Positions 10,335 through 17,558 of a stretch of DNA of 32,000 nt are shown here, piece by piece. The position numbers were made by a program, and so were the translations under genes. Location: NCBI GenBank assembly GCA_047651235.1, contig CP178758.1, positions 1,320,001 through 1,352,000 on the forward strand. Direction: 5' to 3'. The stretch comes from Candidatus Electrothrix yaqonensis. Lineage in GTDB: Bacteria > Desulfobacterota > Desulfobulbia > Desulfobulbales > Desulfobulbaceae. The notes under the pieces are model-generated. The model was given only the letters and a program-made list of their open reading frames with translations. It was not told the DNA's origin and made no database searches. How positions within the stretch are numbered: the first letter of the stretch is position 1; each line of letters begins with the position of its first letter.

Positions 10335-10368
10335 AAAAAAGCGGGACCGACTTTCGATCCCGCTTTTC
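10335..10368 (-). terminator. Bidirectional intrinsic terminator
   Basis: AAAAAA-GCGGGA (10341-10346), an 11-nt loop with extra CGA/TCG pairing, then TCCCGC (10358-10363)-TTTTCT. On the minus strand the stem is followed by T6. It lies 116 nt downstream of the Cys-rich ORF stop at 10479. Confidence 0.65.
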
Positions 10369-10478
10369 TGCTGTCAGGCTCCTCTCACCGTTTGTGCCCC
10401 ACACTGCCGGGCAAGGTTTCTACAAGCCCGTTACCGTAAGAGGTAATTACATTACAGGGGAGGCATCCAAGGTATTGA

Positions 10479-10700
10479 TCAGTAACACCTGTCATTTACA
10501 CCGGGAGCCATTTTCTCACAGCCGTTGTCGCATTTCTCCTGCTTCTGAAAGTCGCCGTCCTGGCAGTAATACAGTGTATCATCATCCAACGAGGAATGGA
10601 TACTGCCGCAATACAATCCGTTGCCGTTCGGACAGGTTGTTGGTTCTGGATCTTCCGGGTCTTCTGGATCTTCCGGTAGACCAGAAGAACTGACTTGCAC
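10479..10700 (-). CDS. Small Cys-rich protein or C-terminal gene fragment (PED-repeat linker plus a 6-Cys module)
   Basis: 73 codons with a GTG start and no convincing RBS. Sequence: PEDPEDPEDPEP, encoded by an 18-bp tandem DNA repeat, then CPNGNGLYCG..LYYCQDG..CDNGC..GVNDRC. There is no signal peptide. It looks like a linker plus terminal domain cut off from its N-terminus; IS DNA begins about 100-180 bp upstream. Confidence 0.35.
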   Translation of the reverse strand: MQVSSSGLPEDPEDPEDPEPTTCPNGNGLYCGSIHSSLDDDTLYYCQDGDFQKQEKCDNGCEKMAPGVNDRCY

Positions 10701-10882
10701 CAGCCTATTTCTACTTTGTCAACCATAACCTTTTGATCTATTTGTAAAAACTTCTTACAATATCCGGATAAAGTTGTATCTTTCATTAGGAAAATTTTAT
10801 CGCTTTTTGATCAAGCTAGCACCTGATAACAGCTATCAAAAAAATACCCGTCAATCGCCCTGATTATAACTTTATTCTTTTT

Positions 10883-11589
10883 ATGAACGCTCCCAGCCCC
10901 GAAAAAAGAAGTCCCCATGACAAATTCTTTGAGTTGACCGGCATCGCCCGGCAACTTACGTCTTTTCACGAAAGATATCATCATTTTTTTAAGAGACATA
11001 CGGTAATTTTGTCAGATAAAGCATTCCAATACTTGAAAGGTTTATTCCAGTCTGACAAAAAAACATGGAACGTATGGAGGAAAAGGTTCCGGGCGTTAAA
11101 TATGAGCCCCTCCAGTATTTTCTTTCCGAATCGAACTGGGATTGGCGTCCTGTAAACAACCAAGTAGCTAAAGATGCGGATAACATTTTTGGAGGAAAGG
11201 AAGATAGCGCTCTTTTTATTGATGAATCCGGGATGCCCAAAAAGGGGAAGATGTCTGTCGGGGTTTCTCGTCAATGGTGCGGGCAGCTTGGTAAAACCGA
11301 CAACTGTCAGGTAGCAGTGTTCGCGACTTTGGGATATGGCCGTTTTTCCACGCCAATCGACTATCGGCTGTATTTACCGAAAAGCTGGACGGATGACAAG
11401 GAACGTTGTCTTAAGGCCAAGATTCCCGCCGATAAAATTGTTTTCCAAACAAAGCATGAGCAGGCTCTTGACATGGTTTTCCATGCGCGAAAGAATGGCG
11501 TTCGTTGTAACTGGGTGGGTTGTGATGGTTTTTACGGGAAGAATTCTCAATTTCTTCGGAAACTTGATGATATAGCTGAAGCAGAATAA
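10883..11589 (+). pseudogene. IS701-family DDE transposase, frameshifted and 3'-truncated
   Basis: Two overlapping ORFs, 10883..11155 and 11065..11589. Joined they read ..YLKGLFQSDKK(N)MERMEEKVPGVKYEPLQYFLSESNWDW..FIDESGMPKKGKMSVGVSRQWCGQLGKTDNCQVAVF.., the IS701-type N-terminal half. The frame breaks in an A7 run (11057-11063). The protein stops at about 230 aa, where unrelated hairpin DNA begins. Confidence 0.7.
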
Positions 11590-11594
11590 ATAAT

Positions 11595-11671
11595 CCACCC
11601 CCAAAGGGGGTGGTATTGGGTTTACCCCTAAAAGGGGATAAGGATGCCTCTTGCCCCCAGAGGGGGCGAGG
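11595..11671. repeat. Cluster of three C-run/G-run hairpins with 3-nt A-rich loops
   Basis: CCACCCCC-AAA-GGGGGTGG (11595-11613), CCCCT-AAA-AGGGG (11625-11637), and CCTC(TT)GCCCCC-AGA-GGGGGCGAGG (11647-11671). They lie directly downstream (minus sense) of the IS200-like remnant. Confidence 0.8.
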
Positions 11672-11689
11672 TGTTGTCCCCGATTTAAA

Positions 11690-11784
11690 TTAGAATAACC
11701 GTAGTTGGTTACGTTCGGCTTGGCGTTCTTTTTCTTCCTGATACTTTACGTAGCGACGTATTTTCTCAGCGCCTAAACCTACAG
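11690..11784 (-). pseudogene. C-terminal remnant (about 31 codons) of an IS200/IS605-family Y1 transposase (TnpA)
   Basis: The minus-strand frame reads VGLGAEKIRRYVKYQEEKERQAERNQLRLF*, resembling the conserved TnpA end (..STVG.DEE.I..YI..QE....Q..L..). It is cut at 11784/11785 by the 107-bp repeat. The call is from memory of the family. Confidence 0.45.
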
Positions 11785-11891
11785 TATAGCTGGAGCAGTA
11801 TAAACTGAATACAGGATCAGCTATCTGAAAGGCGTGAAGGCAAAACTTATGCCTCTTGTGGGCATATTCAAATTATGTTGCTCCAGCTATA
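11785..11891 (+). repeat. 107-bp MITE-like repeat, copy A (solo)
   Basis: Identical base for base to 16585-16691 and to the reverse complement of 17450-17556. Its own termini are a perfect 13-bp inverted repeat (TATAGCTGGAGCA / TGCTCCAGCTATA), extendable imperfectly to about 29 bp. Confidence 0.9.
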
Positions 11892-11940
11892 TAAGCTGGG
11901 CAGCGTAAGGTGTCAGAAACCGCACTTTTAATCGCACCCC
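11892..11940 (+). mobile_element. Orphan 49-bp terminal fragment of the ISKra4-like IS
   Basis: TAAGCTGGGCAGCGTAAGGTGTCAGAAACCGCACTTTTAATCGCACCCC is the exact reverse complement of 21024-21072, the end of the IS at 21 kb that includes the last transposase codons. The match runs 3 nt further into the TATA of the 107-bp repeat (microhomology). Confidence 0.85.
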
Positions 11941-12084
11941 TCTGGAACTGAATTTTCTTGCCCGGTTATGGAAATTTGGAGTACAAAGCAAAAAGAGCAG
12001 AGAACACTGCAGAGCTGAAGCAGAAGGACTGCGGCTTTCCGCCTGAATTCAGCAGACCAGAAAAACAACCGGTAACCATTCTGA

Positions 12085-12477
12085 ATGCGCAATAAATTTC
12101 TCGGCACCGGTCAGCAGGGCTTCCGTCCTCTGCGGAAAATCCGTATTGTTCTGTCCGGCATACGGTATGCGGTTCTGTATGACTTTGCGGTCGCCTATAA
12201 AATTATCCTGTCCGCCCTGACGCTGGCCGGATGCTTTTACTACCGGCAATGGCTGGACTTCGGTCTGGTTTTCATGGCAACCGGTTTTATGCTGGTTTCG
12301 GAGATGTTCAATACCACGGCTGAGGCGCTCTGCGACTTTCTCGAACCGCATGAAAACGAGAAGATCGGCATCATTAAGGATATCGCAGCGGCAGCAGCAG
12401 GGATCAGCATTCTGGTCTGGTGGGTCATCATCGGCATAGAAGCCGTTCATGTCTTCCGGACAGCACATATTCCATAA
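12085..12477 (+). CDS. dgkA: Diacylglycerol kinase family protein (DgkA-like)
   Basis: 130 aa with three hydrophobic helices. SEMFNTTAEALCD...KIGIIKDIAAAAAG matches the E..N(S/T)AIE..D....K.(A/I)KD..AAAV pattern. Confidence 0.8.
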   Translation: MRNKFLGTGQQGFRPLRKIRIVLSGIRYAVLYDFAVAYKIILSALTLAGCFYYRQWLDFGLVFMATGFMLVSEMFNTTAEALCDFLEPHENEKIGIIKDIAAAAAGISILVWWVIIGIEAVHVFRTAHIP

Positions 12478-12502
12478 ATTAAACCACAACTGACAGCGTA
12501 TT

Positions 12503-13414
12503 ATGGAGAGTAATGTATGGATCGCCTTGGGCCTGACCGTCTTTGCCGGTATGGCCACCGGCATCGGCAGTGCCATTGCCTTTCTGGCCAAAAGGAGCAA
12601 CTACCGCTTTCTTTCCGTGGCCACCGGCTTTTCAGCAGGGGTGATGCTTTATGTTTCTTTTGTGGAGATTTTCGTCAAAGGGACAGATGCGCTGGTGGCG
12701 CGTTACGGCGACTACTGGGGCCATTGGGTCAATGCCGCCTCTTTTTTCGGCGGGATTCTGCTCATCGGGTTGATCGATAATCTAATTCCTGCTGCGGAAA
12801 ACCCCCATGAAATTCATCCGAAAGCAGAACTGAACCAGCTCAAGGATACTGCTGTCCAGGAGGCTGAGCAGTCTACAGAAGATACAGGGCAGATCTCTGC
12901 AGACAGGGAGGAAGGGAAGATGCATCAGACCGCGCATCACCACACCCTGCACCGGATGGGCCTGTTCACCGCCTTGGCCATTGCCATTCACAACTTCCCG
13001 GAGGGTCTGGCCACTTTTCTGGCTGCTCTGCAGGATCCCGGCGTAGGGGCTGCCATTGCCATAGCTGTCGCCCTGCATAATATTCCGGAAGGCATCAGTG
13101 TTTCAGTGCCCATTTACTATGCCACCGGCAACCGGGCAAAGGCATTCTGGTACTCGGTGCTCAGCGGTCTGGCAGAGCCGGTCGGCGCTGTTGCAGCCTA
13201 TGTCGGGATCCGTTTTTTCATGGGAGGCGATACCGGGATGATTCCGCCCCAGGTTATGGGCATCCTGTTCGGCGGGGTGGCTGGCATCATGGTGTATATC
13301 AGTCTGGATGAACTGCTGCCCACCAGCCGGGCCTACGGAAAAGGTCATGACAGCCTGTTCGGGCTGATTGCAGGGATGCTGGTGATGGCGCTGAGTCTTC
13401 TGCTGATGAGGTGA
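12503..13414 (+). CDS. zupT: ZIP-family zinc transporter ZupT
   Basis: 303 aa. HNFPEGLA and HNIPEGISV motifs. An extended acidic/His-containing cytoplasmic loop (..HEIHPKAE...[11 protein letters not shown]..) makes it longer than the typical ZupT. Confidence 0.85.
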   Translation: MESNVWIALGLTVFAGMATGIGSAIAFLAKRSNYRFLSVATGFSAGVMLYVSFVEIFVKGTDALVARYGDYWGHWVNAASFFGGILLIGLIDNLIPAAENPHEIHPKAELNQLKDTAVQEAEQSTEDTGQISADREEGKMHQTAHHHTLHRMGLFTALAIAIHNFPEGLATFLAALQDPGVGAAIAIAVALHNIPEGISVSVPIYYATGNRAKAFWYSVLSGLAEPVGAVAAYVGIRFFMGGDTGMIPPQVMGILFGGVAGIMVYISLDELLPTSRAYGKGHDSLFGLIAGMLVMALSLLLMR

Positions 13415-13447
13415 ACTTTTCTTTTTCTGCTGCGGCTCTTCTTCTGT

Positions 13448-14626
13448 TCATTTTTCAGCAGGATAGAGAAAAACAGAGCGGCGCAGGGCGTCAAATTCTG
13501 CCAGCTCCTCCTGCCAAGACTGCTCCAGCTCTAGGATATCCGCGCCGCTTTCCAAGGCATGGCGAATTGTCCGGTCACCGAGAATCAGGTCCATGGGCAG
13601 GAGTTCATACTCGTATTCGTAGGGCGGTTGTTTGTAGGCGAATTCACCGGAGTAGAGCATAAACAGAGCTTGGAGCAGGGTCAGACTCAGGCGGTAGGAG
13701 CGAAAGGAATGCGGCTCAGTGACATGGAGGTGGAAACCTGCACAAGGTTGTCCGGCCCATTTGCCGGAAGTCGGTTCAAAAATAAGCGGTCGGAGCACAC
13801 AGCCCGGCAGTTCTGTCCCGGCCAGTCTGTCCAGCACATGGAACGGGTCAGCAAACGGCGCCCCGATCAGCTCAAAGGGTAGGGTGGTGCCCCGGCCTTC
13901 AGAAATATTGGTACCTTCCCAGATGACCTGGCCCGGATAGACCAGAGCTGTGAGCGGCGTCGGCATGTTTGGCGAGGGAAACACCCAGGGGAATCTGGTA
14001 TCCGCAAAAAACATATCCCGCTGCCAGCCCTGCATTCTGATTACCTCCAGTTCGGCATGAATGCCCATTTCCCGGTTGCAGAGCAGGGCCAGTTCACCCA
14101 GAGTCAGACCGTGGCGCATGGGAATTTCGTACAGGCCGACAAAGGAACGGAATTCCGGGCGGAGCAGATTGCCCTCAATGATATGCCCGCCTGCCGGATT
14201 GGGGCGGTCCAGCACCACCACTTTTTTTCCGCACTCTGCCGCCCGCTGCAGGCAGTAGACCACCGTCCAGATGAAGGTGTACACGCGGGTGCCCACGTCC
14301 TGGAGGTCGATGAGCAAAATGTCAAAATGCTCAAACATGGCAGCGGTCGGTTTTCTGTTCTCACCGTACAGAGAAAAGACCGGCAGGCCGCTGACCGCAT
14401 CCGTAGCATGATCAGACTCGATCATATTGTCCTGCTTTTCGCTGAAAAAACCGTGCTGCGGCGAAAACAGGCAGCGCAGCTGACCGGGAAAAGCCTGCAG
14501 GATCAGGTCGCGGCTGTGGCGGAAATGCCGGTCAGTCGAGGCCTGATTGCAGAGCAGAGCAAGGCGTTTGCCTGCACAAGAAGAAGGCGGTTCCGCGATG
14601 AGTTGTTCAATGCCGATGGTGATCAT
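13448..14626 (-). CDS. DUF1343 family protein (exo-beta-N-acetylmuramidase NamZ-like)
   Basis: 392 aa. GKRLALLCNQAS, LFSPQHGF, GLPVFSLYG, LLIDLQDVGTRVYTFI, VLDRPNP.GG, PMRHGLTLGELA, PSPNMP and EGTNISEGRGTTLPFE follow the DUF1343/NamZ pattern. Confidence 0.82.
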   Translation of the reverse strand: MITIGIEQLIAEPPSSCAGKRLALLCNQASTDRHFRHSRDLILQAFPGQLRCLFSPQHGFFSEKQDNMIESDHATDAVSGLPVFSLYGENRKPTAAMFEHFDILLIDLQDVGTRVYTFIWTVVYCLQRAAECGKKVVVLDRPNPAGGHIIEGNLLRPEFRSFVGLYEIPMRHGLTLGELALLCNREMGIHAELEVIRMQGWQRDMFFADTRFPWVFPSPNMPTPLTALVYPGQVIWEGTNISEGRGTTLPFELIGAPFADPFHVLDRLAGTELPGCVLRPLIFEPTSGKWAGQPCAGFHLHVTEPHSFRSYRLSLTLLQALFMLYSGEFAYKQPPYEYEYELLPMDLILGDRTIRHALESGADILELEQSWQEELAEFDALRRSVFLYPAEK

Positions 14627-14641
14627 CAGATAGCCTGTATA

Positions 14642-14759
14642 AGAAGCTGTTTTAAAAAATCGCCGGAACTGGGGCCCCTCGCGGGATGTCTCTCGGCGGG
14701 TACCTCTGCAACCGGTTGATTTCAGATGGATTCAGTCGCTTCAGAAGCTGTTTGAAAAA
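14642..14759. promoter_or_regulatory. Pair of 17-nt direct repeats (AGAAGCTGTTT[T/G]AAAAA) spaced 101 bp apart, between the 447-aa gene and the NamZ-like gene
   Basis: 14642-14658 matches 14743-14759 at 16 of 17 positions. The second copy is also half of an AGAAGC-N14-GCTTCT inverted repeat (14743-14768). The function is inferred only from its position upstream of the minus-strand gene starting at 14626. Confidence 0.3.
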
Positions 14760-14834
14760 CATGCTTCTTAGAGTTTATCTTACCTCCTAACCGAAATTAT
14801 TCCGCCCTAAGCCTCGCCGATTCCCCTAACAGTT

Positions 14835-16178
14835 TCATAGGCTGTCAAGCCCGCAGAGATCCCGTTCCAGCTTCTCCGCCACCCATTGTTTTTTACAGGG
14901 CGGATACTGTTTATATTCCTGATAAAAGAGTTTTTTGTTATATTTGAACAGCCTGAAGGGATCAGAAGGATCAAGCTCTGAGAGCAGGTTTTCCAGGGCA
15001 AACCGGTACACCGGGGGCAGGCTTTTATGGGGAACCGTGAGATAGTTGATCAGGTCAACAGAAAGCGGAATATCGTAGAACTGCTTACCGGCCTCAAACC
15101 GCTTCTGCACCCGTTCTATTTCAAAAAACAGCGGTGGAATATCGCTCGCATGGAAGGCAATAAAATTCTTCTTTCTCATTTTACTCCAGCCGCTGTAGCT
15201 TTCTTCCTGTCCGCAGATAAAATTTGCCAGTAGCAGTTCCTTTTTATCCTCAAGCAGTTGCGGATTATCCTGATGTTCCTTCATATCCAGCTGAAAAAAA
15301 TCTGCCTTTCTTAGATCCCGTAACAGATTCTTTCGGTCAATCGGCAGCACCCGGACAGCCGCGTTCTCCAAGCCTATGCAGTTGAGCCGGTCCGGCGCCT
15401 TGCAGACGACAAAGGTCGGCTTTTCCTTGGTATCATTTTCCTCGGCATCATGCAGAGGATTCTTCAGAACATAGACCCCGCCCAGAGCATCCGTATAAAA
15501 AATATCAATATCCGCATAGGCAAAATCTGCAATACGCAGTTTGCGGTGACGCAGATCGCTGAATTTTTCTGCTGAAGCAATAAGCCTCTGCCGTATTTTC
15601 TGATCTTCCCACAGCACATCGCTGTTCAGAAAAGCGGCAGCAAGCTGCTGCTGTTTTTTTGCCCCTGCGATCAGGCCGCGCGGCGTTTCCGCGCGCAGGA
15701 TAAAGGAGTCAACCAGCAGGAGATCCTCAAGGCCACCATAGGCGGATACGCCGTTTTCCAGATCAATACACAGGGCATCTGTGGTGGTGATATCCATGAT
15801 CTCGGCAGTGAACCGGTCAAAAAAGTCGGAGATCATGGGTCGGTCAAAGGAATGATAGGGAAAATAGACCGGGGCGTAGCGCTGGTTGATGCTGATGATG
15901 ATCCCCATGGGATTGGCCAGAGAATGTGTCAGATAATAAAGAGTTCTCTTTTCCGTGGCGATTTCCGGGCTCCAGCCGAACATATCCACGGCGAAACGTT
16001 TCAGGCCGGTGGGCTGAAACCCCATAGAGACCAGGGCGCGGTTATACCGCTCAATCATCCGGGCGGAAGAGATTTCTATCAGGCCGCTGCCGTGCAGGCC
16101 TTTTTCCTTGAGCAATTTCATCTCAGGCTGCTGTCGTTTTCTGCAAGGCGCCGCCGGGTCTTCTGTTCCACCCTGCAC
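14835..16178 (-). CDS. Hypothetical soluble protein, 447 aa, family not recognised
   Basis: Long uninterrupted ORF. GTG at 16178 has AGGA 6 nt upstream; an alternative ATG lies at 16121 (MKLLKEKGLHG..). No TM segments, no nucleotide-binding or metal motif that I can name, and a normal amino-acid composition. Confidence 0.6.
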   Translation of the reverse strand: MQGGTEDPAAPCRKRQQPEMKLLKEKGLHGSGLIEISSARMIERYNRALVSMGFQPTGLKRFAVDMFGWSPEIATEKRTLYYLTHSLANPMGIIISINQRYAPVYFPYHSFDRPMISDFFDRFTAEIMDITTTDALCIDLENGVSAYGGLEDLLLVDSFILRAETPRGLIAGAKKQQQLAAAFLNSDVLWEDQKIRQRLIASAEKFSDLRHRKLRIADFAYADIDIFYTDALGGVYVLKNPLHDAEENDTKEKPTFVVCKAPDRLNCIGLENAAVRVLPIDRKNLLRDLRKADFFQLDMKEHQDNPQLLEDKKELLLANFICGQEESYSGWSKMRKKNFIAFHASDIPPLFFEIERVQKRFEAGKQFYDIPLSVDLINYLTVPHKSLPPVYRFALENLLSELDPSDPFRLFKYNKKLFYQEYKQYPPCKKQWVAEKLERDLCGLDSL

Positions 16179-16453
16179 TCAAAATCCTTATCTGTACTCA
16201 TCACCATAGACTGATCCTCGCCATAAATACCCAATAAATAAACCGGGAATGGCATGATAACACGGCATCCTCCCTGATGAAAGCATATTCTTCGGCAGCA
16301 GGAGCCTGAAATCAGTCCGTTGAACCGCTGCAGAACTGAAAATACCGCTTGCTTTTTCAGGATGGGAATGCCATTCTGTGCCGAAGCCGCCAGTGCTGCA
16401 GCACTCTGTATCATGAGCTGCAGCACTTGTGCGGTAAAAGCAGAAGGCATGGC

Positions 16454-16584
16454 ATGAAATTGTTTATGGACCTGTTTGAAGAATTTGCTCAGCTCGTCAA
16501 TGAACTGAACAGAGAAAAAGTGGACTATGCCCTCTGCGGCGGTCTTGCCATGGCAGTGTATGCATTCCCCCGTGCCACGCTTGA
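16454..16584 (+). pseudogene. N-terminal fragment of a nucleotidyltransferase-fold protein, interrupted by the 107-bp repeat
   Basis: MKLFMDLFEEFAQLVNELNREKVDYALCGGLAMAVYAFPRATL.. resembles the h-G-G-x9-13-(D/E)-h-(D/E) minimal NTase start (..V.Y.L.GG.A...YG.PR.T.D.D). The frame runs into the repeat at 16585 and stops 6 codons later. Confidence 0.4.
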
Positions 16585-16691
16585 TATAGCTGGAGCAGTA
16601 TAAACTGAATACAGGATCAGCTATCTGAAAGGCGTGAAGGCAAAACTTATGCCTCTTGTGGGCATATTCAAATTATGTTGCTCCAGCTATA
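16585..16691 (+). repeat. 107-bp MITE-like repeat, copy B
   Basis: Identical to copy A (11785-11891). Confidence 0.9.
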
Positions 16692-16824
16692 GAATGGGAT
16701 TTTAGTCAGTTCCCGTTCAGGTACGAGGAGCCACCTCATAAGTACTTAGGAATCTTCTTTATGGTCGTCGGCGCTTTCGTCGGGGGCCTGCCGATCTGGA
16801 TCTCAGTCAAGTTCATCTTTGAGG

Positions 16825-17448
16825 CAGGGCTGTTCAATTCTATAAGAGCTTGTATTTTCAAGACGTATGCAGTAATTGATACAGAAAAACTTTACACGAG
16901 GATTCTGCATGCTGTTTTTTTGCTGAACACAATCAAAGATCATCGACGCGGGCAGGGCCGGCGATATGAGCTTACGCATATTCTTCTGTTTTCGATCATG
17001 GCGATCCTGAGCGGTTCGGAACTTGAGCGGATTTTCAGGGAGCACGGCAAAGCTCTCGCGGAAGAGGAACCGGACGGAGAATTTATTCGTTGCGACGGCA
17101 AAACTCTCCGGGGAAGTTTCGATAACATGAAGGATATTAATCAGCTTCAGATATTGAGTGCTTTTGCTGGCGACCGCGCCGTCGTTCTCGGCCATGAAGA
17201 AATCAGGGAGAAAAGCAATGAAATCCCGGCGGCGCGGAAACTGATGAAAGAACTCGGTTTATCCGACCGCATTTGACCGCTCCCGAATTCGTTGCAATCC
17301 GCACATATTTGCGAAACTGAGAAGCTTCGCTCTCAATATTCTTCGTAAGAACAAGGTGAAAAATGTCAGCCGGGAGCTTTTCAGGAACTGTATGGATATA
17401 AATCGTCTGTTTGATTACGCCGGGATTTTCTAGAATTGAACAGCCCTG
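16825..17448 (+). pseudogene. ISAs1-family IS remnant with internal deletions (non-autonomous)
   Basis: Perfect 18-bp IRs: CAGGGCTGTTCAATTCTA (16825-16842) and TAGAATTGAACAGCCCTG (17431-17448). Between them are ISAs1-type transposase pieces: ..IKDHRRGQGRRYELTHILLFSIMAILSGSE, ..FIRCDGKTLRGSFD..QILSAF..VLGHEEIREKSNEIPAARKLMKELGL.., and, after a stop and frame change, ..LRSFALNILRKNKVKNVSRELFRNCMDINRLFDYAGIF*. At 624 bp it is about half the usual IS length for this family. Confidence 0.7.
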
Positions 17449-17449
17449 G

Positions 17450-17556
17450 TATAGCTGGAGCAACATAATTTGAATATGCCCACAAGAGGCATAAGTTTTG
17501 CCTTCACGCCTTTCAGATAGCTGATCCTGTATTCAGTTTATACTGCTCCAGCTATA
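17450..17556 (-). repeat. 107-bp MITE-like repeat, copy C (inverted)
   Basis: The reverse complement is identical to copies A and B, checked base by base. Confidence 0.9.
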
Positions 17557-17558
17557 TT

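Larger units (their letters stand above)
16585..17556. mobile_element. 972-bp composite bounded by inverted identical 107-bp repeats (copies B and C), enclosing a decayed ISAs1-family IS
   Basis: Copy B is 16585-16691 (forward) and copy C is 17450-17556 (reverse). TTGA is present immediately outside both ends (16581-16584 and 17557-17560). Confidence 0.8.

Noticed and set aside
11057-11063. Programmed ribosomal frameshifting as the explanation for the split IS701-like and ISKra4-like transposases
   Set aside because: I know of no programmed frameshift in these families. One element is also truncated and the other lacks a target duplication, so decay or homopolymer sequencing error is the more economical explanation. 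I kept it only as a low-interest finding.
12049-12600. A 183-aa minus-strand ORF spanning dgkA and the zupT start
   Set aside because: It is antisense to two recognisable genes and crosses their intergenic region. It has no motifs.
16118-16450. A 110-aa minus-strand ORF upstream of the 447-aa gene
   Set aside because: It has no RBS and an odd composition (Cys/Gln/Ala runs). It overlaps the better-supported start region of the 447-aa gene in another frame. It is possibly real but unsupported.
16656-17276. A 206-aa plus-strand ORF taken at face value as one gene
   Set aside because: It is a chimeric read-through. It starts inside the 107-bp repeat, crosses 133 bp of unrelated DNA and the ISAs1 inverted repeat, and then reads internally deleted transposase pieces. 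I annotated it as an IS remnant instead.
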